A stretch of DNA of 59,531 nucleotides from a virus (taxonomy: Duplodnaviria; Caudoviricetes), in IMG/VR virus record IMGVR_UViG_3300033148_008638, positions 1 to 59,531 of that record; one strand, written 5' to 3'. Every line of letters begins with the position of its first letter. Position 1 is the first letter of the stretch. Under the pieces are notes generated by a model that worked only from the letters and a program-made list of their open reading frames with translations, did no database searches and was not told where the DNA came from. Positions 47,578 through 58,016 of the stretch are shown in pieces. The position numbers were made by a program, and so were the translations under genes.

Positions 47578-47976
47578 ATGGCTATTCTTAGTCACATTGG
47601 CCGCAAATTCTTTGACGGCTATAATGTTGCAAGCACAAATTTTGTTTATACAGCTAATGCATCTACTGGTGCAGATGATGGTTGGATCTCATGCAAGGCA
47701 GATTATGTCGGTGTACAAGTCTGTGCTGCTACCTTAGACTCCGATGTTGCACCTACGTTAACATACAGAGTTGAAGGAAGAGCAGAAACTATAAATAGAG
47801 CAGCCTCAATATATGTTGGGGAGTTCAGTTCTGCAGAAAATATAGATACTCTAATAACTATTACACCAAAGATGAAGGAAATAAGAGTTGGAGTGAAAGT
47901 TTCTTCTGTAGCAAGTGATACTTCTGCTTCCTACAATAGTTTCTATGCTGGTATATTCATGAGTGAAGATAGATAA
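47578..47976 (+). CDS. putative virion structural protein
   Basis: Beta-rich composition; GGGGTG RBS. Confidence 0.5.
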   Translation: MAILSHIGRKFFDGYNVASTNFVYTANASTGADDGWISCKADYVGVQVCAATLDSDVAPTLTYRVEGRAETINRAASIYVGEFSSAENIDTLITITPKMKEIRVGVKVSSVASDTSASYNSFYAGIFMSEDR

Positions 47977-47997
47977 AAGGAGATCGAGTGAGATAAA

Positions 47998-48222
47998 TTG
48001 ACAATTACTATAGATACAAAAATTGCTTTGATTGAAAAAAGTCTTAAAGATAATACAAGATTAACTAAAGAGATACATACAGCTATAACTGGAACTAATG
48101 GCAAAAAGGGTATTATTACCAGACTAAATTTGGTTGAAGCATCTAATAGAAGGGTGTGGTACTTTTTAGGTGTCTTAGTTTCTTTGGTTGGTGGAATTTT
48201 AATGAAGTTGATGGTTTTCTAA
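47998..48222 (+). CDS. small membrane protein (holin/XhlA-like)
   Basis: Coiled N-terminus plus C-terminal TM VWYFLGVLVSLVGGILM. Confidence 0.45.
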   Translation: MTITIDTKIALIEKSLKDNTRLTKEIHTAITGTNGKKGIITRLNLVEASNRRVWYFLGVLVSLVGGILMKLMVF

Positions 48223-48470
48223 TGTCTGATTGTCCTTTATGTAATGTAAAAGAAAGTGATGTAATTTGGAGAGACGGTTCCTTCTTTGGATTAATATGTA
48301 GAACCTGCCATGTTCCTCTCATAGTTTTAACTGAACATAAAGAAAAGATAACAGATGAGGAGATGAAAGAGGCAGAAGATATACGCAAGAGAAGATACCC
48401 TGACTATAAGTTTAGAGGAATTGGAACTAGGTCAATAAAATCACATTGGCATGAACATATAATAAAATAG
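48222..48470 (+). CDS. HIT-like zinc-binding protein
   Basis: CPLC...CRTC...HWHEH. Confidence 0.55.
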   Translation: MSDCPLCNVKESDVIWRDGSFFGLICRTCHVPLIVLTEHKEKITDEEMKEAEDIRKRRYPDYKFRGIGTRSIKSHWHEHIIK

Positions 48471-48479
48471 GAGTGGTGA

Positions 48480-50024
48480 ATGAAAAATGATGAGAAAAAT
48501 AGAGATGATTTTTGTATAGACGAACCAGTTGTAACCTCGTTTTTCATTGGGGAACTTGGATGGGGCCTTCAAAGATGGTTTTCTTTTCTTCGTTACCTTA
48601 AAAAAGAGGTTTATCCTGACCGTAAGTTTTTATTAATGGCTCCTTTGCAGTATCACAGTTTCGTCAATGACTTTGTAGCATATACAATAGACCTTCCAAA
48701 GGAATTCTATGATTTAAAACTAGACACAGATTGTTATGAAGCTGTAGTTCCTGGATCTAAACCTGGAAGTTTAACACCTCCAGATGTTTATGCTGCTCTT
48801 ATTAGATATTTCCGACACGTATATAACAAAGATAAGGCTATTGAAATCTGGACACCAAGGGGATTTGATCTTACAGTTGATAATAGACCTCAGCTATTTA
48901 AAAAATATGTTACACAGCGAGTAGGCAGTGATAAGCCTATGATAACTGTATTCCCTAGGGGTAGAGCAAGAGCCTCCCAGAGAAATGTGCCAGAATTTAT
49001 ATGGAGAGAAGTAGTTGATGAACTAAAGAAAGAATATACAGTAGTATTGGGTGGAACTCCTAATGGTTCTTTTCTATCAGACTACAAAGACAAGAATGTA
49101 ATTAATTTAATCCCATATGACTCAGAAGACAAAATTGAACATATAATTGAGTATCTCAATTCTTCTGTATGTTCTGTTTCTAGCCAAAGTGGATTAACCC
49201 ATGTATCTTTACTCTGTGATACTCCTACTTATATAATAGGACACGAAAAGGAGAGGCATTGTGTAATAGAGAATCGTTTTACCACTGCAACCTCTTTTAG
49301 ATACGTGCAAGATTATCGTGCAATAGATGCTAAAACAATACTATCTGATATATCCAGCTTCCTCGATGCACTAAATAAAGCAGGTTGGGACTATAATAGA
49401 AATAGGAATGAGTTGATAAACAGACCTTCACTAAGAACATTAGCTGATAAGAAAGATCTAGTTGGAGTAGAAATAGGAGTACAATTTGGTGAGAATGCAT
49501 TTAACATGCTTGAAAACCTTGATATAAAGAAATTATATCTGATTGATAACTACAAATTATATGGAGACTCTCAACCAGGTAGAGGTTATGATCAGCAAAA
49601 GCAACTTGATGATGCAAAAGCAATAGCTAAAAGGAATTTAGACAGATACAAAGACAAAGTAGTTTGGATAGAGAAACTCTCTGAAGAAGCTGTAGGAGAT
49701 GTTAAAGATGAATTGGATTTTGTCTATGTTGATGGAAACCACTACTATGAATACGTCCAAAAAGACATAGAATTGTACTACCCAAAATTGAAGGAAGGGG
49801 GGCTAATGGGGTTCCACGACTTTGGTGATAGTTCTCCTACCAATGGAGTGAAGAGGGCTGTGGAAGAGTTCTTCGGCAGCAGAAACATTGAAATATCTTC
49901 AGGAGTCAGTCAGGTAGGAACACATATCGTTCCAGAGGGCTGGATAATAAAGCCAATATCGTTCTCTGAAATTATTAATGACGATACTAGCATTTTAAAT
50001 TCTATCATAGGGAAAAATAAATGA
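48480..50024 (+). CDS. GT-B glycosyltransferase (GT9-like) fused to class I SAM methyltransferase
   Basis: GELGW...SQSGLTHVS; VEIGVQFG, DFVYVDGNHYY, GFHDF. Confidence 0.7.
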   Translation: MKNDEKNRDDFCIDEPVVTSFFIGELGWGLQRWFSFLRYLKKEVYPDRKFLLMAPLQYHSFVNDFVAYTIDLPKEFYDLKLDTDCYEAVVPGSKPGSLTPPDVYAALIRYFRHVYNKDKAIEIWTPRGFDLTVDNRPQLFKKYVTQRVGSDKPMITVFPRGRARASQRNVPEFIWREVVDELKKEYTVVLGGTPNGSFLSDYKDKNVINLIPYDSEDKIEHIIEYLNSSVCSVSSQSGLTHVSLLCDTPTYIIGHEKERHCVIENRFTTATSFRYVQDYRAIDAKTILSDISSFLDALNKAGWDYNRNRNELINRPSLRTLADKKDLVGVEIGVQFGENAFNMLENLDIKKLYLIDNYKLYGDSQPGRGYDQQKQLDDAKAIAKRNLDRYKDKVVWIEKLSEEAVGDVKDELDFVYVDGNHYYEYVQKDIELYYPKLKEGGLMGFHDFGDSSPTNGVKRAVEEFFGSRNIEISSGVSQVGTHIVPEGWIIKPISFSEIINDDTSILNSIIGKNK

Positions 50025-50947
50025 CGGACAAAAATGTAGTCATTGTTGGAGTCTTAAATAATCCACTCAGTTCTAATGTTTGGATGGCTAATAGTTTTAT
50101 CAAGTGTGGGTTTAATGTAATACCTGTGAATTATCGTACAATTATTCAAAACTATGGGCACACGTTCTTTAAGAATTTGATAATTGATACAGTGAAAAAT
50201 TATAGTCCTTATCTGACTATATTCTGCAAATGTAATGGGGTTGACCCAAACATCATTTCAGAGTGTAGCAAATTCTCACCTACATGGTTGTGGATGCCCG
50301 ACTCCTTAATTATTGCCCAACAACACCCTGAGATAGTAAAAAGCGCAAAGCGAACTACTTTTAGTTCCTGCCAGTCTCAGACTACTGTAGATTATTTCAA
50401 GGGGAAAGGGGTGAAAAATTGCTACCATATTTACGAGGGTATAGATAGGGATGTCCACTATCCTGTAGAGCCTGTAGAGAAGTATAAAGCAGATGTTAGT
50501 TTTATTGGAAGTCGAACATCTGAAAGAGATAAGTATAAAAAGCTACTAGAGGACAGTGGTTATACCACCAAGTTCTACGGAGAAGGTTATTCTGGAGTTG
50601 TATCTGCTAAAGAGTGGAGAGAGATTTGCTCAAGCTCAAAATTTATGCTTTCTATAAATACATTCAACAATATTCCTGATTACTTCAGTGGTCGTGTTTT
50701 TGAGTATGCAGGGTCTGGTGCTTGTATTCTCCACTATAATCCTAGTGGTGAGTCAATTACTCCATTTGAAGAAAGTAAAGAGATAGTATATTTTAAAGAT
50801 GAAAAAGATTTGCTTAGCAAATTAAAAAATATATATACAATAACTGCAAGAAAGATTGGAATGAATGGAAGAAAAAAAGTGATGGAAAAATATACTTTGG
50901 ATCACTCCGTTAGACAAATTATAAATATAGTAGAGGGGAGTAAATGA
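50021..50947 (+). CDS. glycosyltransferase (CgeB/Glyco_trans_1_2-like)
   Basis: DVSFIGS, YFSGRVFE. Confidence 0.8.
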   Translation: MTDKNVVIVGVLNNPLSSNVWMANSFIKCGFNVIPVNYRTIIQNYGHTFFKNLIIDTVKNYSPYLTIFCKCNGVDPNIISECSKFSPTWLWMPDSLIIAQQHPEIVKSAKRTTFSSCQSQTTVDYFKGKGVKNCYHIYEGIDRDVHYPVEPVEKYKADVSFIGSRTSERDKYKKLLEDSGYTTKFYGEGYSGVVSAKEWREICSSSKFMLSINTFNNIPDYFSGRVFEYAGSGACILHYNPSGESITPFEESKEIVYFKDEKDLLSKLKNIYTITARKIGMNGRKKVMEKYTLDHSVRQIINIVEGSK

Positions 50948-51810
50948 AAAAAGTTTTGTACTGCTTTCCACACGGTTTGGGGGATGCCATAATGGCAACA
51001 CCTGCTCTCCGATCCCTCAAAAAACAAGATCCAGATTTATATATTGGATTGGCTACGATGAAACGGAAGGATAGAGATTTTAAAGGGCTACTATCTAATC
51101 TACCTTTTATTGATGAAATTATTCCTTGTCTTAGTGATCCCTGGAATGATTTTACAAATTATCCAGACGGTCTCCAGGGTGTATTAAAAGAAGCTCAAGC
51201 AGTTGCTAAGGAAAGAGGTTTTGATAAAACTATCCTCATTCCAACAAAGCGGTATGGAGACGGTCTAGAGTTACATAAGATCTTTAGGATAGCCTATGAG
51301 ACAAGTGCAATATTTAATTATATAGAAGATCTTCAAACTGAGCTGGCAATAACAGAAGACGCCGAAAAGCGAGTAGAAGAGTTTGTCAAGAATTATCCAA
51401 GACCATTTCTAGTCCTTCATGCTAAATCTGGTAATCCTCCAAAGGATCTATCTTCGGAAGAAGCTGAGAATTTAATTGAGAAGTATAAAGATCATACAGT
51501 CTTTGAGTTTGGTAGAGTCTCTACCAAGAGGTCTATCTTAATCAAAGAAAATGATATGGAATTTACAAAAGCACTGGTTAAAACAGCAGATAATGTATTA
51601 GCAATAGATAGTGTCATTATGCATATAGCAGGAGTATTTAAACGACCTCTTGAGGCAGTTTTTATTACTACACCAATTATTCAAGCTATACCTTTAACGT
51701 ATGATTGTTCTGTTACCATAGTAGACAAGGTAAGAGAACAGGCTGATAATTTAATAAACTATAAGAAACAATTATCTGAGCTCTTTCCAAAACAAAGCAC
51801 AGCATCTTAA
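50944..51810 (+). CDS. GT9 heptosyltransferase-like glycosyltransferase
   Basis: HGLGDAIMATPALRSLK, IDSVIMHIA. Confidence 0.8.
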   Translation: MKKVLYCFPHGLGDAIMATPALRSLKKQDPDLYIGLATMKRKDRDFKGLLSNLPFIDEIIPCLSDPWNDFTNYPDGLQGVLKEAQAVAKERGFDKTILIPTKRYGDGLELHKIFRIAYETSAIFNYIEDLQTELAITEDAEKRVEEFVKNYPRPFLVLHAKSGNPPKDLSSEEAENLIEKYKDHTVFEFGRVSTKRSILIKENDMEFTKALVKTADNVLAIDSVIMHIAGVFKRPLEAVFITTPIIQAIPLTYDCSVTIVDKVREQADNLINYKKQLSELFPKQSTAS

Positions 51811-51819
51811 GAGAGAAGA

Positions 51820-52665
51820 ATGAACTGCTCATCACTAACGGAAAAAACGAATTGTAGAATTTGTAAAACTGAACAAGAGTCTGGTATAGTTTTATCATAT
51901 AAAGATCTTGAGCTATCCAGATGTAAGGAGTGTGAGGCTATATTTGCAAGCAGAAGATTAAGAAAAGAATTGATAGATAGATTTTATGCAAAATATATTC
52001 CCTCAGCATTTACAGACACAGAAAAGGAAGAGTTTAAAGAAAGAGGGGAAAAGAAGTTAAAGGAAAGAGTTGAGGATGCAGAATATCAATTGACTATCTT
52101 ATACAAATATGTAGAAGATGGTAAACTCCTAGATGTAGGAGCAGCTGGCGGAACATTTCTGGATATAGCAAGAAAACACGGGTGGAGTATCAGAGGTACA
52201 GAATTAAGTGATAACTGTGTAAAGATTGCACGATTGTATTATAAGATAAATCTGTTTAAGGGAGGTATTGAAGACTTTAGAGAAAGGGGTTTTGATGCAG
52301 TAGTTTTATGGAATGTTTTGGAGCATCTGTATGAACCGTATGATGAAGTATTACATCTGAGAAAGTTATTAAACAAAGGTGGCATAATTTTAATAAAAGT
52401 TCCCAATCCTACACTAGAAATATTAAAGAAAGACCCTCAGCTACCTGGACATGTGTTTAATTTTAATTTAGAATCTTTAAAATATTTATTTGATAGAACT
52501 GGTTTTGAGATTTTAGAAGTGATAAATGGATATGATGGAGAACTGCCTACACTTATAGTAGTAGCAAGAAATATTATGGATCCCCTCTTCTCTTGGAATA
52601 TAGATAAAATAAAAACCTTAGAGGGTGGGGGATTCCGAAGCTATGAAGGTGCTTTTTCTTTTTGA
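51820..52665 (+). CDS. class I SAM-dependent methyltransferase with Zn ribbon
   Basis: CRIC..CKEC, LLDVGAAGG, VLEHL. Confidence 0.85.
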   Translation: MNCSSLTEKTNCRICKTEQESGIVLSYKDLELSRCKECEAIFASRRLRKELIDRFYAKYIPSAFTDTEKEEFKERGEKKLKERVEDAEYQLTILYKYVEDGKLLDVGAAGGTFLDIARKHGWSIRGTELSDNCVKIARLYYKINLFKGGIEDFRERGFDAVVLWNVLEHLYEPYDEVLHLRKLLNKGGIILIKVPNPTLEILKKDPQLPGHVFNFNLESLKYLFDRTGFEILEVINGYDGELPTLIVVARNIMDPLFSWNIDKIKTLEGGGFRSYEGAFSF

Positions 52666-53620
52666 TGGATATAAGAAGTTCAACTACAGAATCTTAAAAG
52701 GTTTTGTCATCAAACTCTCTAAACTTTGTAACTTTAATATTTATGGTCCAAAAGAGTATGAGAATAACTCAGAACTTGCTCCAATAAAGTATGACCCAAA
52801 GATAACGGGTAAAGATTTAATTGGTTTATTCCATCCAGATGTATTCTTATTCCAGATTTATAATAAAAAAAACATAGAATGGTATCCGAAGGATATTTGC
52901 AAATCTGGAATTCCGTCTGCACTACTTATGGATGATCATTATACTAGAGTTCCAGAACTACAGGCAGTAGATAAAGAATGTACCGTACTTGATTGGTGTG
53001 AGACCAGTGGTCTTTCACTTATACTACGAAGACACTTCTATGAAGAAGATGCTCCTATACAGTCTGTATGGTTTCCATTTTCTGCTAATGAAGAAGAGTT
53101 TTATCCAGAAGATAGTATAGAAAGAAAGAATATAATAGGATTCGCAGGTAGTTCAGACAAAGGTAAGTATTACGTAATAAGACATAGAGCAAGAGAAATA
53201 TTAAAGCACAAACATCTCCTTGATCCTGATAGTGGGAAGTTAGGTGCAGAAAGATACCCAGAATATTTAAAAAGCCATGTAGGTATGTTATCATGTGCTG
53301 GTGGAATATTACACACACCTCTAAGTAAAACATTTGAAATACCTCTGAGTGGTACAGCTTTATTAACTAATTGGATGCATGAGTCTAAGACGCTATTTGG
53401 AGATAAGCAGTGCTTTTTCACATACAAGGATGATCTTAGCGATATTATAGATGTGGCTAAAGTTATACTAAATGATAAAGATATAGTTAAAGAGGTTACT
53501 GACAATGCTTTAAAAGTAGTACGTGAAAAACATACAGATGCAATAAGAATAAAAGAATTGTATGATATTTTGTATAGCTTAGTAGAAGGTAAGGAAATAC
53601 CAAGAGTTTGGGGGAAATAG
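52625..53620 (+). CDS. glycosyltransferase (CgeB-like)
   Basis: IGFAGS, KTFEIPLSG; likely start ATG at 52643. Confidence 0.75.
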   Translation: MGDSEAMKVLFLFDGYKKFNYRILKGFVIKLSKLCNFNIYGPKEYENNSELAPIKYDPKITGKDLIGLFHPDVFLFQIYNKKNIEWYPKDICKSGIPSALLMDDHYTRVPELQAVDKECTVLDWCETSGLSLILRRHFYEEDAPIQSVWFPFSANEEEFYPEDSIERKNIIGFAGSSDKGKYYVIRHRAREILKHKHLLDPDSGKLGAERYPEYLKSHVGMLSCAGGILHTPLSKTFEIPLSGTALLTNWMHESKTLFGDKQCFFTYKDDLSDIIDVAKVILNDKDIVKEVTDNALKVVREKHTDAIRIKELYDILYSLVEGKEIPRVWGK

Positions 53621-53630
53621 TAAGTTTGCT

Positions 53631-54407
53631 GTGAGGATGATTGTTAAATATTGGAGTGGGGTAGATAATTGGGGAGATAAATTAAGCCCTATACTCTTTG
53701 AATATATATCAGGAATTACTCCTACAGCTGTTAGTATGTCATTTAATAATAGTAGAAATGAAGATGTTTACTTAATAACTGGCAGTATTCTTGGACAAGC
53801 TGATGCTTATTCAATTGTATGGGGACCTGGATTTATCAAGGAAGATTGTAAGTTTAAACATAAACCAAAAGAAATCTGCGCAGTAAGAGGGCCTCTAAGT
53901 GAAAAAAAGTTGGTTGAGCAAGGATGTACATGTGGAGTTTATGGAGATCCCGCCCTACTTTATCCTAGATTTTATACTCCTAAAGTTGAAAAAAAGTATA
54001 AATTAGGAATAATACCTCATTATGTAGATAAAGGTTCTCCATTTTTAAATAAGTTTAGGAACGACTCTAGTATTTTAATTATTGATATTCAAGATGGTAT
54101 TAATAAAGTTATTGATAGTATTTGTAGTTGTGAATTAATAGCCTCCAGCTCTCTTCATGGAATTATAGCTGCTGATGCTTATGGGATACCATCTATTTGG
54201 ATAGAGTTATCTTCTAAAGTAGTAGGTGGGGGATTTAAGTTTAGAGACTACTTCTTATCTGTAAATAGAACAGACTTAGATCCACTAGTACTTAATGATA
54301 ATACAACACTTCAACAACTTTATAACAAGTTTGATGATTATAAGATCGATATTGACTTAGATAAATTGTATGATGTTTGTCCTTTTAGAAAGGAAAAGAT
54401 AATATGA
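53631..54407 (+). CDS. polysaccharide pyruvyltransferase (ExoV-like)
   Basis: NWGD, GSIL, AVRGPLS, GDPALL, SSSLHGII.AD.YGIP. Confidence 0.85.
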   Translation: MRMIVKYWSGVDNWGDKLSPILFEYISGITPTAVSMSFNNSRNEDVYLITGSILGQADAYSIVWGPGFIKEDCKFKHKPKEICAVRGPLSEKKLVEQGCTCGVYGDPALLYPRFYTPKVEKKYKLGIIPHYVDKGSPFLNKFRNDSSILIIDIQDGINKVIDSICSCELIASSSLHGIIAADAYGIPSIWIELSSKVVGGGFKFRDYFLSVNRTDLDPLVLNDNTTLQQLYNKFDDYKIDIDLDKLYDVCPFRKEKII

Positions 54408-55339
54408 GGGGGTTAATTATAATACCCACTCGTTATAAAAATTTATTTTGTAGTAATGCACCGTTACTACTTGAAATGGTGGGAGAGAAGTTTGGATTTA
54501 ATGTTTTATATACTAATAGTAGTGTGAAGATACCATCTAATACTGATGTTGTTATATTATATGCTGTTCCTCACCACAACTACGAAAACTTATTTATGGA
54601 TTATGTAAACCTAAGTAGAGATGTAAAGCTCGTTGGTTATTTACACGACTTACATGGTAGTGAATTACTGAGTAAGAATATGCTTAAGATGTTAGATAGA
54701 TATGATGTTATACTTCGAGGTGCAGATGAAACTTTTGGAAATTTATACCCTGAACATCTAAGTAGAAGTATATTTTTTCCAAACTTTATTGCCCCTTATA
54801 CAAAATATAGTGATCTTAAGTTTAATAAGGATCCTATATATAAATGTTTACTCTCTGGTGCTCTCAGTAGACGTTATTATCCTTTGAGACAATTTATCTT
54901 TGATAAGATAGATAGGTCAAAAGTTACAATTATACCACATCCTGGATATAATAAAAGTAAAACAGAGATACTTAGTAACTCATCTTATTATATAGGTGAT
55001 AGATATATTAATAAACTGCACTCTCATTTTTGTTGTGTAACAACATCATCAAAGTTTAATTATGTTTTATCTAAGTACATAGAGATTCCAGCTACTGGAT
55101 CACTACTTATAGCAAATGAAACAAATGATTTAAGAAAGATGGGGTTTATTCCCAACAAACATTATATCTCTATAACTAAAGAAAACGTTCTTGAAACCAT
55201 ATATGAATGTTTAGATAACCCCAATAAATACACAGAAATAAGAAAAGATGGTATGGAGTTTGCTCGTAAAAATCATAGCATTAACAATAGATTTGAACAG
55301 TTCAAAACAATATTGGGGGATATAGAAAAGAATGTTTAA
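54404..55339 (+). CDS. glycosyltransferase (CgeB-like)
   Basis: YPLR, HPGY, KYIEIPATG. Confidence 0.75.
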   Translation: MRGLIIIPTRYKNLFCSNAPLLLEMVGEKFGFNVLYTNSSVKIPSNTDVVILYAVPHHNYENLFMDYVNLSRDVKLVGYLHDLHGSELLSKNMLKMLDRYDVILRGADETFGNLYPEHLSRSIFFPNFIAPYTKYSDLKFNKDPIYKCLLSGALSRRYYPLRQFIFDKIDRSKVTIIPHPGYNKSKTEILSNSSYYIGDRYINKLHSHFCCVTTSSKFNYVLSKYIEIPATGSLLIANETNDLRKMGFIPNKHYISITKENVLETIYECLDNPNKYTEIRKDGMEFARKNHSINNRFEQFKTILGDIEKNV

Positions 55340-56006
55340 GCAAAAACACAAATTAATTATAGTAGGTATAGGTTCATTTGCAGAGATAGCATATGAATAT
55401 TTTACATACGATTCTGATTATGAGATTAAAGCTTTTAGCGTAGAAAAAGTACTTGTAAAAGATAAAAAGTTTTTGGCATTACCTTTGGTAGCTTTTGAAG
55501 ATATAGAAAAGTTTTATAATCCAGTAGATTATAGAGTTTTTATAGCGATAGGCTATGATCACATGAATAAAGATAGAACAAGGCTTTATCTACAGGCAAA
55601 GAAAAAAGGATATATAATAGCCTCTTACGTTTCTTCAAGAGCTTTTGTTTGGCGTAATGTAAAGATAGGAGAGAATTGCTTTATATTTGAGAATAATGTA
55701 GTCCAGCCATTTACTAAAATAGGAAACAACGTTATTTTATGGAGCGGTAATCATATAGGGCATCACTCTACTATAAATGATAACTGTTTCATATCATCAC
55801 ATGTAGTAATTTCTGGTTTTTGTAATATTGGTAAAAACTGCTTCTTAGGAGTAAATAGTACTATAGCTAACGGCCTTAAGATAAAAGAAAATTGTTTGAT
55901 TGGTGCAGGCACTAATATAATAAAAGATACTATAGCAAATAAAGTTTATGTAGGCAATCCTGCAAGAGAAGCGAGGAGTGTAGATGAAATGGAGAAAATT
56001 AGGTAA
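55332..56006 (+). CDS. sugar acetyltransferase, NeuD/PglD hexapeptide family
   Basis: Left-handed beta-helix repeats, HIGHH, GNPA. Confidence 0.85.
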   Translation: MFKQKHKLIIVGIGSFAEIAYEYFTYDSDYEIKAFSVEKVLVKDKKFLALPLVAFEDIEKFYNPVDYRVFIAIGYDHMNKDRTRLYLQAKKKGYIIASYVSSRAFVWRNVKIGENCFIFENNVVQPFTKIGNNVILWSGNHIGHHSTINDNCFISSHVVISGFCNIGKNCFLGVNSTIANGLKIKENCLIGAGTNIIKDTIANKVYVGNPAREARSVDEMEKIR

Positions 56007-56889
56007 AGTATATTGTGCAGACGGGCAGTATTCCTGGGCACAAACACATGCATATATTCCAACAGTAGAATTGATAGATGATTTTTTTAGAGTATATGTA
56101 GCATTCTGGAATAAAAAGGAAGTAAAGAGAATTGGATTTGTAGATATTGACGCAGAAGACCCAACTAAAGTTCTTGATGTATCTAAACTCCCAGTATTAG
56201 ACGTAGGAGAGCTAGGAACATTTGATGAGGGAGGTGTTACACCAACCTGTATACTTACCCATGACAATCTTAAATATTTGTACTATATCGGATGGCAACC
56301 ACTTACAAGATTGCGACGTTATTTATTTACAGGACTCTCAATAAGTAAAGATAAAGGAAGAACTTTCGAGAGATATATTCAGACACCAATTCTTGAACGA
56401 AATGATAGTGAGAGATTTATAAGATCTGCCCTTTTTGTCTTAAAAGAGACAAATTGGTTTAAAGGTTGGTATGTGTCTTCTAATAAGATTATAGATATTA
56501 ACCATAACAAAGTACCATCATATAATATAAAGTATACTACATCTGTGGATGGAATACATTGGAGTACTGGTGTAGAATGTATAAGTTTAGCTGGTAAAAA
56601 CGAGTTTGGTCTTGGTAGACCTTTTGTTTTAAGAGAAGACGGAATATATAAAATGTTTTACTCTATAAGAATAATTGATGAAGGGTATAAAATAGGGTAT
56701 GCAGAGTCAAAGGATGGACTTATTTGGGAAAGGAAGGATGGTGAGGTAGGAATTGGTGTGTCATCTACAGGTTGGGATTCTGAGATGATATGTTTTCCAT
56801 ATATAATGGATTATAAAAATAAAAGATATATGTTTTATAATGGTAATGACTATGGTAAAACTGGTTTTGGAGCGGCTATATTAGAATGA
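55984..56889 (+). CDS. five-bladed beta-propeller glycosidase-like protein of sugar-biosynthesis loci
   Basis: GTFDEGG, SKDKG and SVDGIHW Asp-box-like motifs, WDSEMICFP, YNGNDYG. Confidence 0.7.
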   Translation: MKWRKLGKVYCADGQYSWAQTHAYIPTVELIDDFFRVYVAFWNKKEVKRIGFVDIDAEDPTKVLDVSKLPVLDVGELGTFDEGGVTPTCILTHDNLKYLYYIGWQPLTRLRRYLFTGLSISKDKGRTFERYIQTPILERNDSERFIRSALFVLKETNWFKGWYVSSNKIIDINHNKVPSYNIKYTTSVDGIHWSTGVECISLAGKNEFGLGRPFVLREDGIYKMFYSIRIIDEGYKIGYAESKDGLIWERKDGEVGIGVSSTGWDSEMICFPYIMDYKNKRYMFYNGNDYGKTGFGAAILE

Positions 56890-57830
56890 TAGAGATTAAA
56901 AAGTATTCTAGTAAAAGAAAAGAAGAATGGGATAATTTCATAAGAGGATCAAAAAATGGTGTTTTCTTTTTTCTTAGAGACTATGTTGAATATCATTCAC
57001 ATAGATTTACTGATAGCTCATTAATGTTTTACAAAGATGGAAAGTTAAGAGCAGTACTGCCTGCAAATATAAATGATGATGTGTTAATAAGTCATGGTGG
57101 TTTATCATTTGGTGGACTTATACTTGATACAAAAGCAACAATTATTTTAGTAATCTCTTTATTTGATGAATTAAGAAAGTTTGCTGCTAGTAATAGAATT
57201 AAAGAAATAATCTATAAGAGTGTCCCATATATTTATCATATCCATCCTGCTGATGAAGACTTATATGCAATGTACCTCCTAGGTGCTAAAATTATTAAGA
57301 GGAATCCCTCTACAGTTATTAGGATGAGGGATAAAATTAACTTCCAAACTTTACGTAAGAGATCCATTAAAAAAGCTATAAATAATAAATTAGTTGTAGA
57401 TATAAGTAGTGATTATAACAGTTTTTGGGATATTTTAATAGATAACTTGAGGAGTAAGTATAATATAAGCCCAGTGCATTCTATAGAAGAAATTAAGTAT
57501 CTTGTAACAAAATTTCCAGCAAATATAAAACTTTTTGTTTCCTCAAAAAATAAACAAATAATAGCAGGTGTGGTACTATATGAGAATAAATCTGTAGTTA
57601 GAGCACAATATATAGCAGCATCTCCACACGGTAAGAAAATTGGAGCTATAGATATTATCTTTGACTATTTAATTAAAAAATATTCAAGTATAGACTATTT
57701 TGATTTTGGTGTATCTACTGAAACTATTAAAGTAGACGGGAAGTATCTTTTAAATGAAGGGTTAGTTTTTCAGAAGGAAGGTTTTGGGGGCAGAACAGTT
57801 GTCTATGATACCTATAAAATTACTATATAA
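56886..57830 (+). CDS. GNAT/FemAB-like acyltransferase
   Basis: WDNFI, SHGGLSFGG, FDFGVS, FQKEGFGG. Confidence 0.75.
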   Translation: MIEIKKYSSKRKEEWDNFIRGSKNGVFFFLRDYVEYHSHRFTDSSLMFYKDGKLRAVLPANINDDVLISHGGLSFGGLILDTKATIILVISLFDELRKFAASNRIKEIIYKSVPYIYHIHPADEDLYAMYLLGAKIIKRNPSTVIRMRDKINFQTLRKRSIKKAINNKLVVDISSDYNSFWDILIDNLRSKYNISPVHSIEEIKYLVTKFPANIKLFVSSKNKQIIAGVVLYENKSVVRAQYIAASPHGKKIGAIDIIFDYLIKKYSSIDYFDFGVSTETIKVDGKYLLNEGLVFQKEGFGGRTVVYDTYKITI

Positions 57831-58016
57831 AAATAGGGAGTTTTATAGTAAGCTTTAATGATCTTTTTGACAACAGCTTCCAAGAGATGGAGAGACAATA
57901 CCAGAATATGTTTCCAACAAATGTTTGAATGATTGCTGGGCTCCTAGTTTCTCTAAAGTAGGTCATCATATGCCAATCACAAAAAAGAAAATGGATAGTG
58001 TAATAAAGAGGAGGAA

